Position numbers and translations under genes: made by a program. A stretch of DNA of 64,000 bases from an uncultured Bacteroidales bacterium (GTDB lineage: Bacteria > Bacteroidota > Bacteroidia > Bacteroidales > Muribaculaceae): positions 870 to 64,869 of the forward strand of contig CAMWNF010000001.1 of NCBI GenBank assembly GCA_947175535.1, given 5' to 3'. The notes beneath the pieces are model-generated. The model made no database searches and was not told the DNA's origin. It worked only from the letters and a program-made list of their open reading frames with translations. Positions 8,069-18,318 of this stretch are shown here, in pieces. Numbering within the stretch: position 1 is the first letter of the stretch; the number at the start of each line of letters is the position of its first letter.

Positions 8069-9355
8069 TTAGATTGTCCAGTTGCCTCTCATCGGCTGAT
8101 TGATAAGAGCGTTTGCCGCGTCATCATTGATGAATGTGCGGGTCTGCGGGTCAAACGAGAGCTCTTTTCTGCCGAGACGGAGAGCGACTGTGCCCATATT
8201 GACGAGCGTACAGCTGTTGTGACCGTTGTCCTCGTTGAGCGCGAATTTCTGACGGTCGCGTACACACTGGAGGAAATCAGTGCGCTGTGGTTCGGGGTCA
8301 GGCATTTCGGCAATCTTATTCATCACGTCAGGAATTGTGCATTCGAAGCCTTTGTAGACTTTGCCGTTGGGACCTTCGATGTAAGGTACCTTACCCTGGC
8401 TTTCATAGCCTTCGCCTTCGAGCACAATCTGGCAACCGTCAGCATAAGTGTAAGTAATCTTACGCCAGATGCCGACTGCGTCGGGGTGCTGCTGGGGAGC
8501 GTCAACCTCTATCTTCACGGGAAGATCGTTGTCTTTGCCAAGGAAGTACTGAACCGGGTCGAGATAGTGCTGACCCATGTCGGCGAGACCGCCGCCGTCA
8601 TAATCCCAGTAGCCGCGGAATGTCTGATGGACACGGTGGGGGTTATAGGGCTTGTAGGGAGCCGGACCGAGCCACATGTCATAATCGAGTTCTTCGGGAG
8701 CAGCCTGAGGAACAAGATTTTCACGACCTGTCCAGAAGAATTTCCAAGCGAAGCCTGTAGCACCCGAAACAGTGACTTTCAGAGGCCAGCCGAGCATGCC
8801 GCTGGCAACAAGTTTCTTGAGAGGTTGCACTTCCGTGCCAAGACCGTAGAATGTATCCTTGAAACGGAACCAGGTGTTGAGACGGAATATACGGTTATAA
8901 CGCTCAACAGCTTCCTTGACTTTCTGACCTTCACCGATGGTGCGGGTCATAGGCTTCTCACACCAGATATCCTTGCCGGCTTTGGCTGCCTCGACAGCCA
9001 TTATGCCATGCCAGTGAGGAGGTGTGGCGATATGTACGATATCTACATTGGGGTCTGTGATAAGTTCACGGAAATCATGGTACTGGGCGACGTTTTCATC
9101 AAAACGTTCTTTTGCCATATTGGCTGCTGAAGCAAGATGGTTGCGGTCAACATCGCAAAGTGCCACCAGACGGCAGGTCTTGTCGCTGTTGAAATGGGAG
9201 GGTGAGCGTCCGATGCCACCGACACCGATAATACCGCGTGTAAGTTGATCACTTGGTGGGATATATCCATTGCCACCGAGGACGTGACGCGGAATGATTG
9301 TGAAAAGTCCAGCCGCGCCGAGAGTTTTAAGGAATGTCCTTCTGCTCGATTTCAT
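8069..9355 (-). CDS. TAT-exported Gfo/Idh/MocA-family oxidoreductase (428 aa)
   Basis: Twin-arginine signal MKSSRRTFLKTLGAAGLF. Rossmann segment GIIGVGGIGR ... VDIVHIATPPHWHGIMAVEAAKAGKDIWCEKP. Confidence 0.8.
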   Translation of the reverse strand: MKSSRRTFLKTLGAAGLFTIIPRHVLGGNGYIPPSDQLTRGIIGVGGIGRSPSHFNSDKTCRLVALCDVDRNHLASAANMAKERFDENVAQYHDFRELITDPNVDIVHIATPPHWHGIMAVEAAKAGKDIWCEKPMTRTIGEGQKVKEAVERYNRIFRLNTWFRFKDTFYGLGTEVQPLKKLVASGMLGWPLKVTVSGATGFAWKFFWTGRENLVPQAAPEELDYDMWLGPAPYKPYNPHRVHQTFRGYWDYDGGGLADMGQHYLDPVQYFLGKDNDLPVKIEVDAPQQHPDAVGIWRKITYTYADGCQIVLEGEGYESQGKVPYIEGPNGKVYKGFECTIPDVMNKIAEMPDPEPQRTDFLQCVRDRQKFALNEDNGHNSCTLVNMGTVALRLGRKELSFDPQTRTFINDDAANALINQPMRGNWTI

Positions 9356-9483
9356 GATTGGTAGTATTGATAGGTTATTATTTTATTATATCGTGGGAAT
9401 AGAATTCAGGATTTTAATATTATGCTTCAAAGTTAATGAAATAAATCGGTTTTTCCAATCTATTTCACGTATCAATTCATAAT

Positions 9484-11352
9484 TTAACCTTCTATTGCAG
9501 GCAAAACAACTTTCATCCGACAGTTCGCACAGTCGAAATCAAGACGGTAGGTCACACCCGGGGCACGGAGATAGAGTTCACGCGGTAATCTGTCACACTG
9601 TTTTGTGCGCAAACAAGCCCCCAATTCGCGACGGAGACAGTAGCGCGTAGTCATCACCCTGCGATCCTCCGTTCGGTCGGGCAACGAAACTTCAGCCGCC
9701 GGTTCAGCGACATTTATATCATGGTCTTCAAAAAAGCGTTGCGCGAGACTGTTCGCGACATTATCGTGACGGTCCAAAGCCCCGTCACGGAAAGGTGAAA
9801 TCACCTCGCTTTCCTGACGGCGATAATCATAGGTATAGGAAGCTCGTCGCGTACGGTCAAGAGCTTCGACTGCGCGACGCCGCAAATCTGTAAGCACCGA
9901 AGCCGGCACAAAGCTGTCATCGCCGAGAGTGTCATCAACGGAAAGCAGCCTGTAAATCGTGTCTCCAAGACGTGACAATGTCCGAAGGCGGTTGTCGCGC
10001 TGAGGAGTACGCGACACTTCAGCCGCACATTCGCACACAACTTCGGCATGCTTTCCGCGGTCATCGGTCAGGCGCAATGCGATTAAGCTATCGTTCACGC
10101 GCCTTAAAACGGCACTGACCGGAATCTGACGCACAGCTGTCTGACGCGCCATCTCATCGTCACGGCGTTTGTCGCGGTTACGGTAGAGAATTGTTCCTGG
10201 ATTTACGGTCACAGGTGATGCCGGATAGATGACCGCGCCTTCGACCTTGTTGACCCTGAAACCGCAATACTGTCCGTCAGAACTGAAGTAGCCGAGTCCA
10301 TCGCCATTGTTGAGTTCGGCTTTTGAATTTACTCTTATGCTCTTACCATTTGACGAGACGACCTTACCGATTTCAACGCCTATCCACTTAGGCGTGTCAA
10401 GCGAAGCCATACGTTCTGCGCCAGAGGGACGACCGTCCATGAAATATGATGTAAAACGACGGTTGAACGAGCGAGTGACGTCGGGATGGAAATTCAGCTC
10501 CACCTCTCCTGATGACAATCGTGTCAAGCGATTTCCAGACTGCCCTATCACCTTGTCAAGCGCAGTAGAGTAAGTCGCGACAGTGTTACGGACATAGTCA
10601 CTCTCTTTCAGCCTACCCTCAATCTTGAACGAAGTGACCCCAGCGTCTACCAGTTCGGCGAGACGGTCAAGACGATTCATGTCGCGCAACGACAGATAAT
10701 GAGCATCAGGAGCAAGGCGATTGCCGGCAGCATCGGTCAGACTATAAGGTAGACGGCACATCTGAGCACATTCACCGCGATTCGCACTACGACCTGTTGC
10801 AAATAGACTCGCCTGGCAATCGCCGCTGTAGCTCACGCACAATGCTCCGTGGACAAAAGCCTCGACAGGAACAGAGACAGCCGAGACAATCCCGCGAATC
10901 TGCTCAAGCGAAAGCTCGCGTGCGAGGACAATCTGTGAGAAACCGCAAGCCTCAAGAAACCTGGCTTTCTCAGGTGTGCGGGTGTCGCATTGCGTGCTGG
11001 CATGCAACGCGATAGGCGGGATATCCATACGCAGAATGCCAAGATCCTGGACAATAAGAGCATCGATTCCGACGCGATATAGCGACCGGATAAGGTCCTC
11101 GACGCGACGCAGTTCATTCTCGTATATAAGCGTGTTGACTGTGACATAGACCCGGGCATTATAAGAGTGGGCAAAGTCAACCAGCCTCGCTATATCATCG
11201 ACCGGATTTGCAGCCGCCACTCGTGCACCGAATGCATCAGCTCCGATGTAAACTGCATCCGCACCATGGATAATCGCCTGTCTACCGATTGCACAGTCGC
11301 GGGCAGGAGCAAGCAGCTCGAGTCTTCGGATTATGTCACCTTTCGAAGCCAT
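9484..11352 (-). CDS. peptidase U32 family protein (long form)
   Basis: LELLAPARDCAIGRQAIIHGADAVYIGADAFGAR ... VYVTVNTLIYENEL is typical of U32. The ATG at 11352 shares one base with the upstream stop (TGATG); the listed start at 11355 is GTG. Confidence 0.8.
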   Translation of the reverse strand: MASKGDIIRRLELLAPARDCAIGRQAIIHGADAVYIGADAFGARVAAANPVDDIARLVDFAHSYNARVYVTVNTLIYENELRRVEDLIRSLYRVGIDALIVQDLGILRMDIPPIALHASTQCDTRTPEKARFLEACGFSQIVLARELSLEQIRGIVSAVSVPVEAFVHGALCVSYSGDCQASLFATGRSANRGECAQMCRLPYSLTDAAGNRLAPDAHYLSLRDMNRLDRLAELVDAGVTSFKIEGRLKESDYVRNTVATYSTALDKVIGQSGNRLTRLSSGEVELNFHPDVTRSFNRRFTSYFMDGRPSGAERMASLDTPKWIGVEIGKVVSSNGKSIRVNSKAELNNGDGLGYFSSDGQYCGFRVNKVEGAVIYPASPVTVNPGTILYRNRDKRRDDEMARQTAVRQIPVSAVLRRVNDSLIALRLTDDRGKHAEVVCECAAEVSRTPQRDNRLRTLSRLGDTIYRLLSVDDTLGDDSFVPASVLTDLRRRAVEALDRTRRASYTYDYRRQESEVISPFRDGALDRHDNVANSLAQRFFEDHDINVAEPAAEVSLPDRTEDRRVMTTRYCLRRELGACLRTKQCDRLPRELYLRAPGVTYRLDFDCANCRMKVVLPAIEG

Positions 11353-12182
11353 CACTCAGTAATGCGGTCAATTAACTCAAATGCATAGTCTCTCGAAGCG
11401 TCGATAAGTGACGGAACATGGGCGTCGCTGTTGACTATCAGCGGAACCCCTGCGGCAATCAGCCGCGGCAGATAACGTTCTGATGGAAATATACGCCCGT
11501 GAACCTTCTTTGCCTTGGTGTTTATCTCTACAACCGGTTTCTTCTCGCATATAACATCTATCAGTTCATTCACCCGTTTCACAAACCAGTCGCAGTCCTC
11601 AACACCGGGATTATAATACGAAGCATTCTGCGCGATTTTATCGAAGTGTCCGATGATATCGAAACCTCCCGCCTCGACCATTGCGACAGATGCATCAAAA
11701 AAGGAGTCGACGACATAACGCAAATCATCTCCGAAATGCAGTTTCATATTCTCTTTGAAACGTTCGGCACTACCGTCGATATCAATCAATTTCCCCGATG
11801 GTGCAGGAATGAAATGAACCGAGCCGATACGGTAGTCAAGAGGCAGCGAGGCAAAATATTCGTGTGAAGGTCCCCACTGCGGACCGAGATAGTCGATTTC
11901 CATTGACGCATAAATGTTTATGCGGTCTCCGTACAGTTTTTTGAGACGGTCAACCTCAGCCAGATAAGCCGGAACATCCTCGAAAGCCATATTGCATGGC
12001 GATTCAATCGGCACAGGCGAATGAGGCGAGAACCCATAATGGGTAAAGCGACTGTCTACAGCCGCTTTAATAAATTCTTCCATATCAGCTCTTCCGTCGC
12101 AGAACTGTGTATGGGCGTGTAATGTGTACTTTCTGTCAGAACCTAAAGTCTCAATTATATCCATATCAATATCCAACTTCAT
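11352..12182 (-). CDS. PHP-family histidinol-phosphatase-like protein (HisJ family)
   Basis: YTLHAHTQFCDGRADMEEF ... HYGFSPHSP ... GHFD ... NSDAH metal-binding pattern of the PHP domain. Confidence 0.7.
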   Translation of the reverse strand: MKLDIDMDIIETLGSDRKYTLHAHTQFCDGRADMEEFIKAAVDSRFTHYGFSPHSPVPIESPCNMAFEDVPAYLAEVDRLKKLYGDRINIYASMEIDYLGPQWGPSHEYFASLPLDYRIGSVHFIPAPSGKLIDIDGSAERFKENMKLHFGDDLRYVVDSFFDASVAMVEAGGFDIIGHFDKIAQNASYYNPGVEDCDWFVKRVNELIDVICEKKPVVEINTKAKKVHGRIFPSERYLPRLIAAGVPLIVNSDAHVPSLIDASRDYAFELIDRITE

Positions 12183-13623
12183 GAATCAGACGACCCGAGC
12201 GTAGGAGAGTGATATAGCGGATGAAGAGCCCGAGTGTCACACAAGCCACCAGAGCCGCACTCAACAACGCCGGCAGCAAACCAAGACCGAAGCCTTCGGG
12301 TGAAGGTGCGTAAAGTATATAGCTGACACTCACCATGGTCATGAACAGCGCAGGCAGAAGGGCGATAATGTAAGGCTTGTTATGACGGGCGAGATAGACA
12401 GAAATTGCCCACAGGGTGAAGACCGCAAGTGTCTGATTGACCCACGCGAAATAACGCCACAGCACATTGAAGTCAATCATCATCACTCCGAAACACAACG
12501 CGAATATGGGAAGACTTACCGCAAGACGCTTGAGTATCGGTTTCTGGTCGAATTTCAGGAAGTCGGCAGCGATAAGACGTGCTGAGCGAAGAGCCGTATC
12601 ACCGGTGGTAATCGGAGCTGCGACAACACCGAGCAAAGCAAGGATACCGCCAACCGAGCCGAGCCATGTAATGGAAATATCATTTACAAGAGTAGCGGGT
12701 TTGCCCCCGTGTTCTGCCATATAATCTGCGAGTTCGCCATAACCGCCCACGAATGTGATGGCTGCGGCAGCCCAAATCAGAGCCACGATGCCTTCGGCCA
12801 CCATCGCACCATAGAAAATCGGACGCGCAAGACGTTCGTTTTTGAGACAGCGCGCCATCATGGGTGACTGAGTGGCATGGAAACCGGAAATCGCACCGCA
12901 TGCAATGCTGACAAACATCATAGGGAATATCGGCGTAGCCTCGGGGTTAGGACGACGGTTGAACAGACCTTCGGCAAAGCCGTCAGGAATGGTATGCCCG
13001 CCGAACAACAGCACGAACAGCAGACCTGCAGCCATGAACAGTAACGCAAGTCCGAATACAGGATAGAAGTTACCGATAAGTTTGTCGATGGGAAGAAGTG
13101 TCGCCAGTATATAATATAGGAAAATGGCTCCAATCCAGAATGTACGGTCAAGTACATCGGGTGTCATGCCGGCGAGAAGGTCAGCGGGGTTGATGACAAA
13201 AACCGCCCCGACAAGAATAAGCAGCACGACCGAAACGACACGCATGGTCTGTTTGATTGACGGACCGAGTTCGCGACCGACAAGTTCGGGCAGCGAATCG
13301 CCGCCACTGCGAAGCGACATCATACCCGACATGAAGTCGTGGACAGCGCCGGCGAAAATCGTTCCGATAACAATCCAAAGAAAGGCGGCAGGTCCGAACA
13401 TCACACCCATTATGGCACCGAAAATCGGACCGAGACCGGCGATATTCAGAAACTGGATAAGAAACACCTTCCATGTGGGCAACGGTATGAAGTCGACGCC
13501 GTCGCGGCGTGTTTCGGAAGGCACGGGACGCTTAGGGTCGACGCCGAAAATCCGCGCGCAGACCGCACCGTAGATTATATACCCGCCGATAAGGACGGCG
13601 AGCGCAATGAGAAAAGAGGTCAT
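12166..13623 (-). CDS. cstA: carbon starvation protein A family transporter
   Basis: The polytopic N-terminus DGVDFIPLPTWKVFLIQFLNIAGLGPIFGAIMGVMFGP ... GAVHDF is characteristic of CstA. Confidence 0.85.
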   Translation of the reverse strand: MTSFLIALAVLIGGYIIYGAVCARIFGVDPKRPVPSETRRDGVDFIPLPTWKVFLIQFLNIAGLGPIFGAIMGVMFGPAAFLWIVIGTIFAGAVHDFMSGMMSLRSGGDSLPELVGRELGPSIKQTMRVVSVVLLILVGAVFVINPADLLAGMTPDVLDRTFWIGAIFLYYILATLLPIDKLIGNFYPVFGLALLFMAAGLLFVLLFGGHTIPDGFAEGLFNRRPNPEATPIFPMMFVSIACGAISGFHATQSPMMARCLKNERLARPIFYGAMVAEGIVALIWAAAAITFVGGYGELADYMAEHGGKPATLVNDISITWLGSVGGILALLGVVAAPITTGDTALRSARLIAADFLKFDQKPILKRLAVSLPIFALCFGVMMIDFNVLWRYFAWVNQTLAVFTLWAISVYLARHNKPYIIALLPALFMTMVSVSYILYAPSPEGFGLGLLPALLSAALVACVTLGLFIRYITLLRSGRLIHEVGY

Positions 13624-13653
13624 AGCAAATTACAAATAATTGGTTCTTATATC

Positions 13654-14637
13654 TTATTTTTTAGGAGAAGCAGGAGTATCAGCCGGACGGGCGATATTTT
13701 CGCGCATCTCCGTGTCAGCTTCTATATTCTTCATTCTGTAGTAGTCCATAATGCCGAGATTACCTTTGACAAAGGCTTCCGCCATAGCGCGGGGCAGTTC
13801 AGCTTCGGCTTCTATCACCTTCGCACGGGCTTCCTGCGCCTTTGCTTTCATCTCCTGCTCGAGAGCGATTGCCATAGCGCGGCGTTCCTCAGCCTTCGCC
13901 TGTGCGATATTCTTGTCTGCCTGAGCCTGGTCAATCTGAAGGGCGGCACCGATGTTACGACCTATGTCGATATCGGCGATATCGATTGAGAGAATTTCAA
14001 ACGCCGTGCCCGAGTCAAGACCTTTCTTGAGCACGAGTTTCGAAATCGAGTCGGGATTTTCGAGTACTTGCTTGTGGCTTACAGACGAACCTATCGACGA
14101 GACAATGCCTTCGCCTACGCGGGCGAGAACCGTATCCTCCCCTGCTCCACCGACAAGCTGACGGATGTTGGCTCGGACCGTAACACGAGCCTTGGCAATC
14201 AACTGAATACCATCTTTAGCTACTGCTGTCACAGGCGGAGTATCGATAACCTTGGGATTGACGCTCATCTGCACAGCCTCGAACACATCGCGACCGGCAA
14301 GGTCAATGGCTGTCGCCATTTTGAAACCGAGGTCGATATTGGCTTTTGCCGCCGAAACGAGAGCGTGGACAACTTTGTCGACGTTACCTCCGGCAAGATA
14401 GTGTGCTTCGAGATCATCGCGTGTGATGTCTTTCAGACCTGCCTTGTGAGCCTCAATCATCGCACGTACAATCATGCTCGCCGGCACCTGACGTATGCGC
14501 ATCAGCACAAGCTGGATAAGCGATATCCTGACACCGCTCACTCTGGCTGAAATCCAGAGAAAGAACGGACAGTAATAGAAAAACAGGATTAAAAGTACGA
14601 TACCTGCTGCAATCAGTATGATAAGAGTCAGTTCCAT
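13654..14637 (-). CDS. floA: flotillin-like protein FloA (UPF0365/YqfA family)
   Basis: N-terminal TM segment, then [23 protein letters not shown] ... [25 protein letters not shown] ... VGGAGE, and an Ala/Glu-rich coiled tail. Confidence 0.85.
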   Translation of the reverse strand: MELTLIILIAAGIVLLILFFYYCPFFLWISARVSGVRISLIQLVLMRIRQVPASMIVRAMIEAHKAGLKDITRDDLEAHYLAGGNVDKVVHALVSAAKANIDLGFKMATAIDLAGRDVFEAVQMSVNPKVIDTPPVTAVAKDGIQLIAKARVTVRANIRQLVGGAGEDTVLARVGEGIVSSIGSSVSHKQVLENPDSISKLVLKKGLDSGTAFEILSIDIADIDIGRNIGAALQIDQAQADKNIAQAKAEERRAMAIALEQEMKAKAQEARAKVIEAEAELPRAMAEAFVKGNLGIMDYYRMKNIEADTEMRENIARPADTPASPKK

Positions 14638-14666
14638 ATATATTTTGATTGGTTAATCAGTTATTA

Positions 14667-16055
14667 TCAACGGGTTTCGAGTCTTATGACTTTATTTTTC
14701 AAATCGGTGACACTCTCACGCATGAAATCTACTGCCGCCTCGGCGTCAAGAATATCGTCGGCGACAGAGCGGTCGCCTTTGCGGTAACGCTCTCTCAAAT
14801 CGTCAAGCCGCTGCTGCTGAGCCTCAAGCCTCTGCTGTTCGCCAAGTAGTTTAGCCATTTCCAATCCAGCCTGGCGGTTCTGAAAATCTGAAAGCGATGT
14901 ATAGACCTTGCCATCCCCGAGAATCAGTTCGAAGTCTTTCGCCTGACGTGGTTTCTGTCTGCCCCCCTCCTCTATTCCGGCTATTTTACCGCGAAGAGCG
15001 GACGCTGCCGATGTCTGGGTAGAAGCAATTGAAGCCAATCTGGCTTTGGCAGCAAGAGTCTCGTCATCGGGGTCATAGTTGACGCGGATCTGCGAAGGGG
15101 CGAACACATAGATGGTCACCTTTCCGGGTATCTGTGAACGGTCGCTCGCAAACCAGCCCGCACCGGTCGCCTCGTCGATGGCAAGCATATAATCGTTATA
15201 TGGCGAATTATACGGCATGCCGAGATTCTGAGGCTGAAGGAAGCCGTCGTCGCTGCGGCGGGTCATGAAAATATCATATCCTCCAAGCGAAGCCTCTCCG
15301 GTCGCAGCGAAGTAGAGTGTCATACCGTCAGGCATCAGGAAGGGGAAATCGGCATCTCCGTCGTCAGGGAAATCACCGTTGAGCGGAGCGGCGTTGTCAA
15401 TCGTTCCGTCGTCGAGTATCGACGCCGACATAAGCACGGCATTACCTGTCGAGTCGCTCTCAGCCCATATCATCTCGCGGTTGTTCTGTGGAAGATAGAC
15501 CAACGTGCGCGCCTTGACCGCTGCATCTTCGGGAGAAAGCAGCCGACCAGCTTCGGGAGAAAGTCGGTAATGGGTGAAAAAATCGACTGAGTCGACAGTA
15601 ATCGAATCGACGACTTCGATTTTCTCGACGCGTTCGAGCATATTGCGCATCATCACGAGACGGCTGCGGAGTTCGTCGGTCTGCGACAGGTCAGCCTTCT
15701 TGTTTTTCTTCAGTTTCGCAGTCCAATTGTCGAGATATTCGTCAGCAGCATCAATGTCATAGTTATCAAGGGCTATCTCGGTAAGTATGCGAGATGCATC
15801 AGCAACGCCACGGCTCTCGGCAGTTTTCAAAGGTGCAACTGCTTCGTCATTTCTGCCGAGCGCGGCGAGCGAAGCACCGAGATAATAGTTCACGTTGCCG
15901 TCGCGCGGAGATGCCTTCCGGAGTATTTCGAGATTAGCGGCAGCCTCGGCATAATTGCCGCTCTGGTATAATTTTTTTGCCTCGTCAATCGGCGCTCCAG
16001 TTGCAATTAAAGCGCATTGCAGCAACAGAACGAGACAAAGCAGGATTTGACGCAT
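14667..16055 (-). CDS. secreted TPR plus PD40(WD40-like)-repeat protein
   Basis: Signal peptide and TPR-like N-terminus (YQSGNYAEAAANLEIL, YYLGASLAALGRNDEA). PD40-like FPFLMPDGMTLYFAATG ... GGYDIF and WFASDR. C-terminal coiled coil. Confidence 0.65.
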   Translation of the reverse strand: MRQILLCLVLLLQCALIATGAPIDEAKKLYQSGNYAEAAANLEILRKASPRDGNVNYYLGASLAALGRNDEAVAPLKTAESRGVADASRILTEIALDNYDIDAADEYLDNWTAKLKKNKKADLSQTDELRSRLVMMRNMLERVEKIEVVDSITVDSVDFFTHYRLSPEAGRLLSPEDAAVKARTLVYLPQNNREMIWAESDSTGNAVLMSASILDDGTIDNAAPLNGDFPDDGDADFPFLMPDGMTLYFAATGEASLGGYDIFMTRRSDDGFLQPQNLGMPYNSPYNDYMLAIDEATGAGWFASDRSQIPGKVTIYVFAPSQIRVNYDPDDETLAAKARLASIASTQTSAASALRGKIAGIEEGGRQKPRQAKDFELILGDGKVYTSLSDFQNRQAGLEMAKLLGEQQRLEAQQQRLDDLRERYRKGDRSVADDILDAEAAVDFMRESVTDLKNKVIRLETR

Positions 16056-16080
16056 AATTCAATTTGTAGATTTGATTTTT

Positions 16081-16088
16081 CAAAGTTA
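16081..16088 (-). promoter_or_regulatory. -7 promoter box for the TPR/PD40 gene
   Basis: TAACTTTG on the minus strand, 26 nt upstream of the ATG at 16055. Confidence 0.5.
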
Positions 16089-16148
16089 CAAATTCTTTTT
16101 TGAATATCAAGCGTCTTTGAGCCGATTATCGGCTGAGATGATGCAAAC

Positions 16149-17213
16149 TCATTCCGGATTATAGGTGGTAAGGGGCAGCGAACCTGTCATCGCTCCGTAG
16201 GCGTTGAACGCCAGCGCGCCGAGTTCGTCTTCACCTGCGCGGATGGATATCGGGGCAAGCCAGTCAATCCACGAGCTGAGTTTATCGACACAATATTGGC
16301 TGTGGGCGATACCGCCTGTGAGGATAATCGCATCGATATGACCTTTCAAAGTGACAGCGCGCGCACCGACCTGACATGCGACATTGTATAGCATCGAATC
16401 GAGCACCCCCTTGAACGGTTCCTCGCCGGCTTCGGCTCTGCTCACAACCTCGGCGACATCGTTGATGCCGAGATGGGCGGTAAGACCGCCTTTACCGTTG
16501 AGCAGTTTGTGGAGTTCGCGCTGTGTGTATCTGCCGCTGAAACAGAGGTCTACAAGGTCGGCGGCAGGGAGAGTGCCGGCGCGTTCCGGACTGAAAGGAC
16601 CATCTCCGTCAAGAGCATTGTTCACATCATGGACTCTACCATGACAGTGAGCACTGACCGAAATTCCTCCGCCGAGATGAACCACAATCAAGTCCAGCTC
16701 CTCATATTTTAGCCCGTTGAGACGCGCATAGCGGCGCGCGACAGCCTTACTGTTCAAGGCGTGGAATATCGACTTGCGGTTCATACCAGGCAGACCGGAC
16801 AGACATGCCTCGGGAATGCGCTCGTCAACCACCTCAGGGTCGGCGATGAAAGCCGGACAACCAATCGACGCTGCAAATTCGTCAGCCATCAGTCCGCCAA
16901 GATTGCAAGCATGCTCCATTTCGGCATATATCAGGTCGTGTTTTATCTTATCGTCGACGCGATAGACGCCGCCGGGCGTAGGTTTCAGCAGACCTCCACG
17001 AGCTATAACAGCATCAAAGTCGGGTTTTATGCCGTTATCCTCAAGCAATTTATGCATGGCTTCGTTGCGGTAGGCGAGCTGGTCGTTGACATGTTCGAAC
17101 TTCGCCAGTTCGTCGACCGGATGCTGCACACAGCCTTTCCATTTTATAGTCTCGTCTTCATAAACCGCGAATTTTGTCGATGTCGAGCCGGGATTGATTA
17201 CAAATATCTTCAT
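16149..17213 (-). CDS. buk: butyrate kinase
   Basis: MKIFVINPGSTSTKFAVYEDE is an acetate/butyrate kinase N-terminus; also VVHLGGGISV and ILTGGIAHS. The ATG is at 17213; the listed start at 17219 is TTG. Confidence 0.9.
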   Translation of the reverse strand: MKIFVINPGSTSTKFAVYEDETIKWKGCVQHPVDELAKFEHVNDQLAYRNEAMHKLLEDNGIKPDFDAVIARGGLLKPTPGGVYRVDDKIKHDLIYAEMEHACNLGGLMADEFAASIGCPAFIADPEVVDERIPEACLSGLPGMNRKSIFHALNSKAVARRYARLNGLKYEELDLIVVHLGGGISVSAHCHGRVHDVNNALDGDGPFSPERAGTLPAADLVDLCFSGRYTQRELHKLLNGKGGLTAHLGINDVAEVVSRAEAGEEPFKGVLDSMLYNVACQVGARAVTLKGHIDAIILTGGIAHSQYCVDKLSSWIDWLAPISIRAGEDELGALAFNAYGAMTGSLPLTTYNPE

Positions 17214-17227
17214 TGCCAACCGAATTA

Positions 17228-18145
17228 TTATGATGCCATGCAGGCGAGAATTAGACTATAGAATTTGGATTCTTCCGAATCAGCGCGCGATGCCACTACT
17301 ACGGGGGCGGTTGTGCCGGTGACGAGTCCTGCCATACGCGCTTTACCGAAATACGACACGGTCTTATAGAAGGTGTTGCCGGCTTCAAGGTCGGGCATTA
17401 TAAGCACATCGGCATCTCCGACAACATCAGAGGCGATTTTCTTTATCCGTGCGCTTTCAAGGTCACACGCCGTCTTGACATCCATCGGTCCCGCCATGGC
17501 GACCTCTCCGTATGCGCCGACCTCAGCCCGCGCCATCAACTCGACATAATCAGTCGTTACGGTAAATTTCGGATTAATTTTCTCCGTGAAGTGAATTAGC
17601 GCGATTTTAGGACTAGAAATACCCAACTTACGGCACACGTCGCAGTCATACCTGACCATGGCATCGAACTGCTCAAGCGTCGGCGCGGGGATAACCGCCG
17701 CGTCGGAGAACATCAACATCTTATGATAGACCGGAGCTTCGACGAGCGTAAGATGACTCATCACATTACCCGGCTCTATCAGACCGTTTCCGCCGTCTTT
17801 GTCAATGACCGCACGAAGAATTGTGTCCGTCGTAAGCGAACCTTTCATCAGCACCTGAGCCTCTCCGTCGTGAACCAATCTCACGCCCTCACGCGCTGCC
17901 GACATGGTGTCGCCGCATTCGACAAGCTCGATGCGGTCGGACGGAAAACGCTGGCAAAAAGCTTTGAAATCAGCCGATTCGCCGCCATCAAGCAGCAACA
18001 CGAGGTCGACAAGATTATCTTCCGCGCATCGGCGTACGACATATTCAGTATGGTCGTCATTCGGACAGACTATCGCAGCGCGCTTCCTCGCTCCCGAAGC
18101 AATATATCGGTCCAACAGGTCTTCAAAACTTTTCAGTGTCTCCAT
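17228..18145 (-). CDS. ptb: phosphate butyryltransferase
   Basis: Phosphate acetyl/butyryl transferase fold signatures (LMKGSLTTDTILRAV, LEAGNTFYKT, VVVASRADS). Lies immediately upstream of buk. Confidence 0.85.
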   Translation of the reverse strand: METLKSFEDLLDRYIASGARKRAAIVCPNDDHTEYVVRRCAEDNLVDLVLLLDGGESADFKAFCQRFPSDRIELVECGDTMSAAREGVRLVHDGEAQVLMKGSLTTDTILRAVIDKDGGNGLIEPGNVMSHLTLVEAPVYHKMLMFSDAAVIPAPTLEQFDAMVRYDCDVCRKLGISSPKIALIHFTEKINPKFTVTTDYVELMARAEVGAYGEVAMAGPMDVKTACDLESARIKKIASDVVGDADVLIMPDLEAGNTFYKTVSYFGKARMAGLVTGTTAPVVVASRADSEESKFYSLILACMAS

Positions 18146-18318
18146 CTAACCGGGTATTTTTTGCAAATATCCGAATTTGTTTCGTCACTGCCAAATACTC
18201 CGCAAAAAAAACTGCACATAAACTCAAAATTTATGCAATCAGCGATTAGTCACCACGCCCATCAATCTAACAGCGGTTACAGCCACCCACACAAGCCATG
18301 ACCGCTAATTTTCGATTG

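Noticed and set aside
8039-9130. 363-aa plus-strand ORF.
   Set aside because: It lies entirely antisense to the well-supported TAT Gfo/Idh/MocA gene and has no recognisable motifs. It is a typical shadow ORF of a GC-biased coding region. The same reasoning applies to 4938..5582, 5694..6200, 6962..7624 and 7086..7604.
13339-13989. 216-aa plus-strand ORF spanning the cstA/floA junction. Also 40174..40839 (221 aa), 42861..43487 (208 aa), 36112..36702 (196 aa) and 45517..46086 (189 aa).
   Set aside because: All are antisense shadows of confidently assigned genes (cstA/floA, the GLUG protein, ompA, miaB, tkt). None has a promoter or a family signature.
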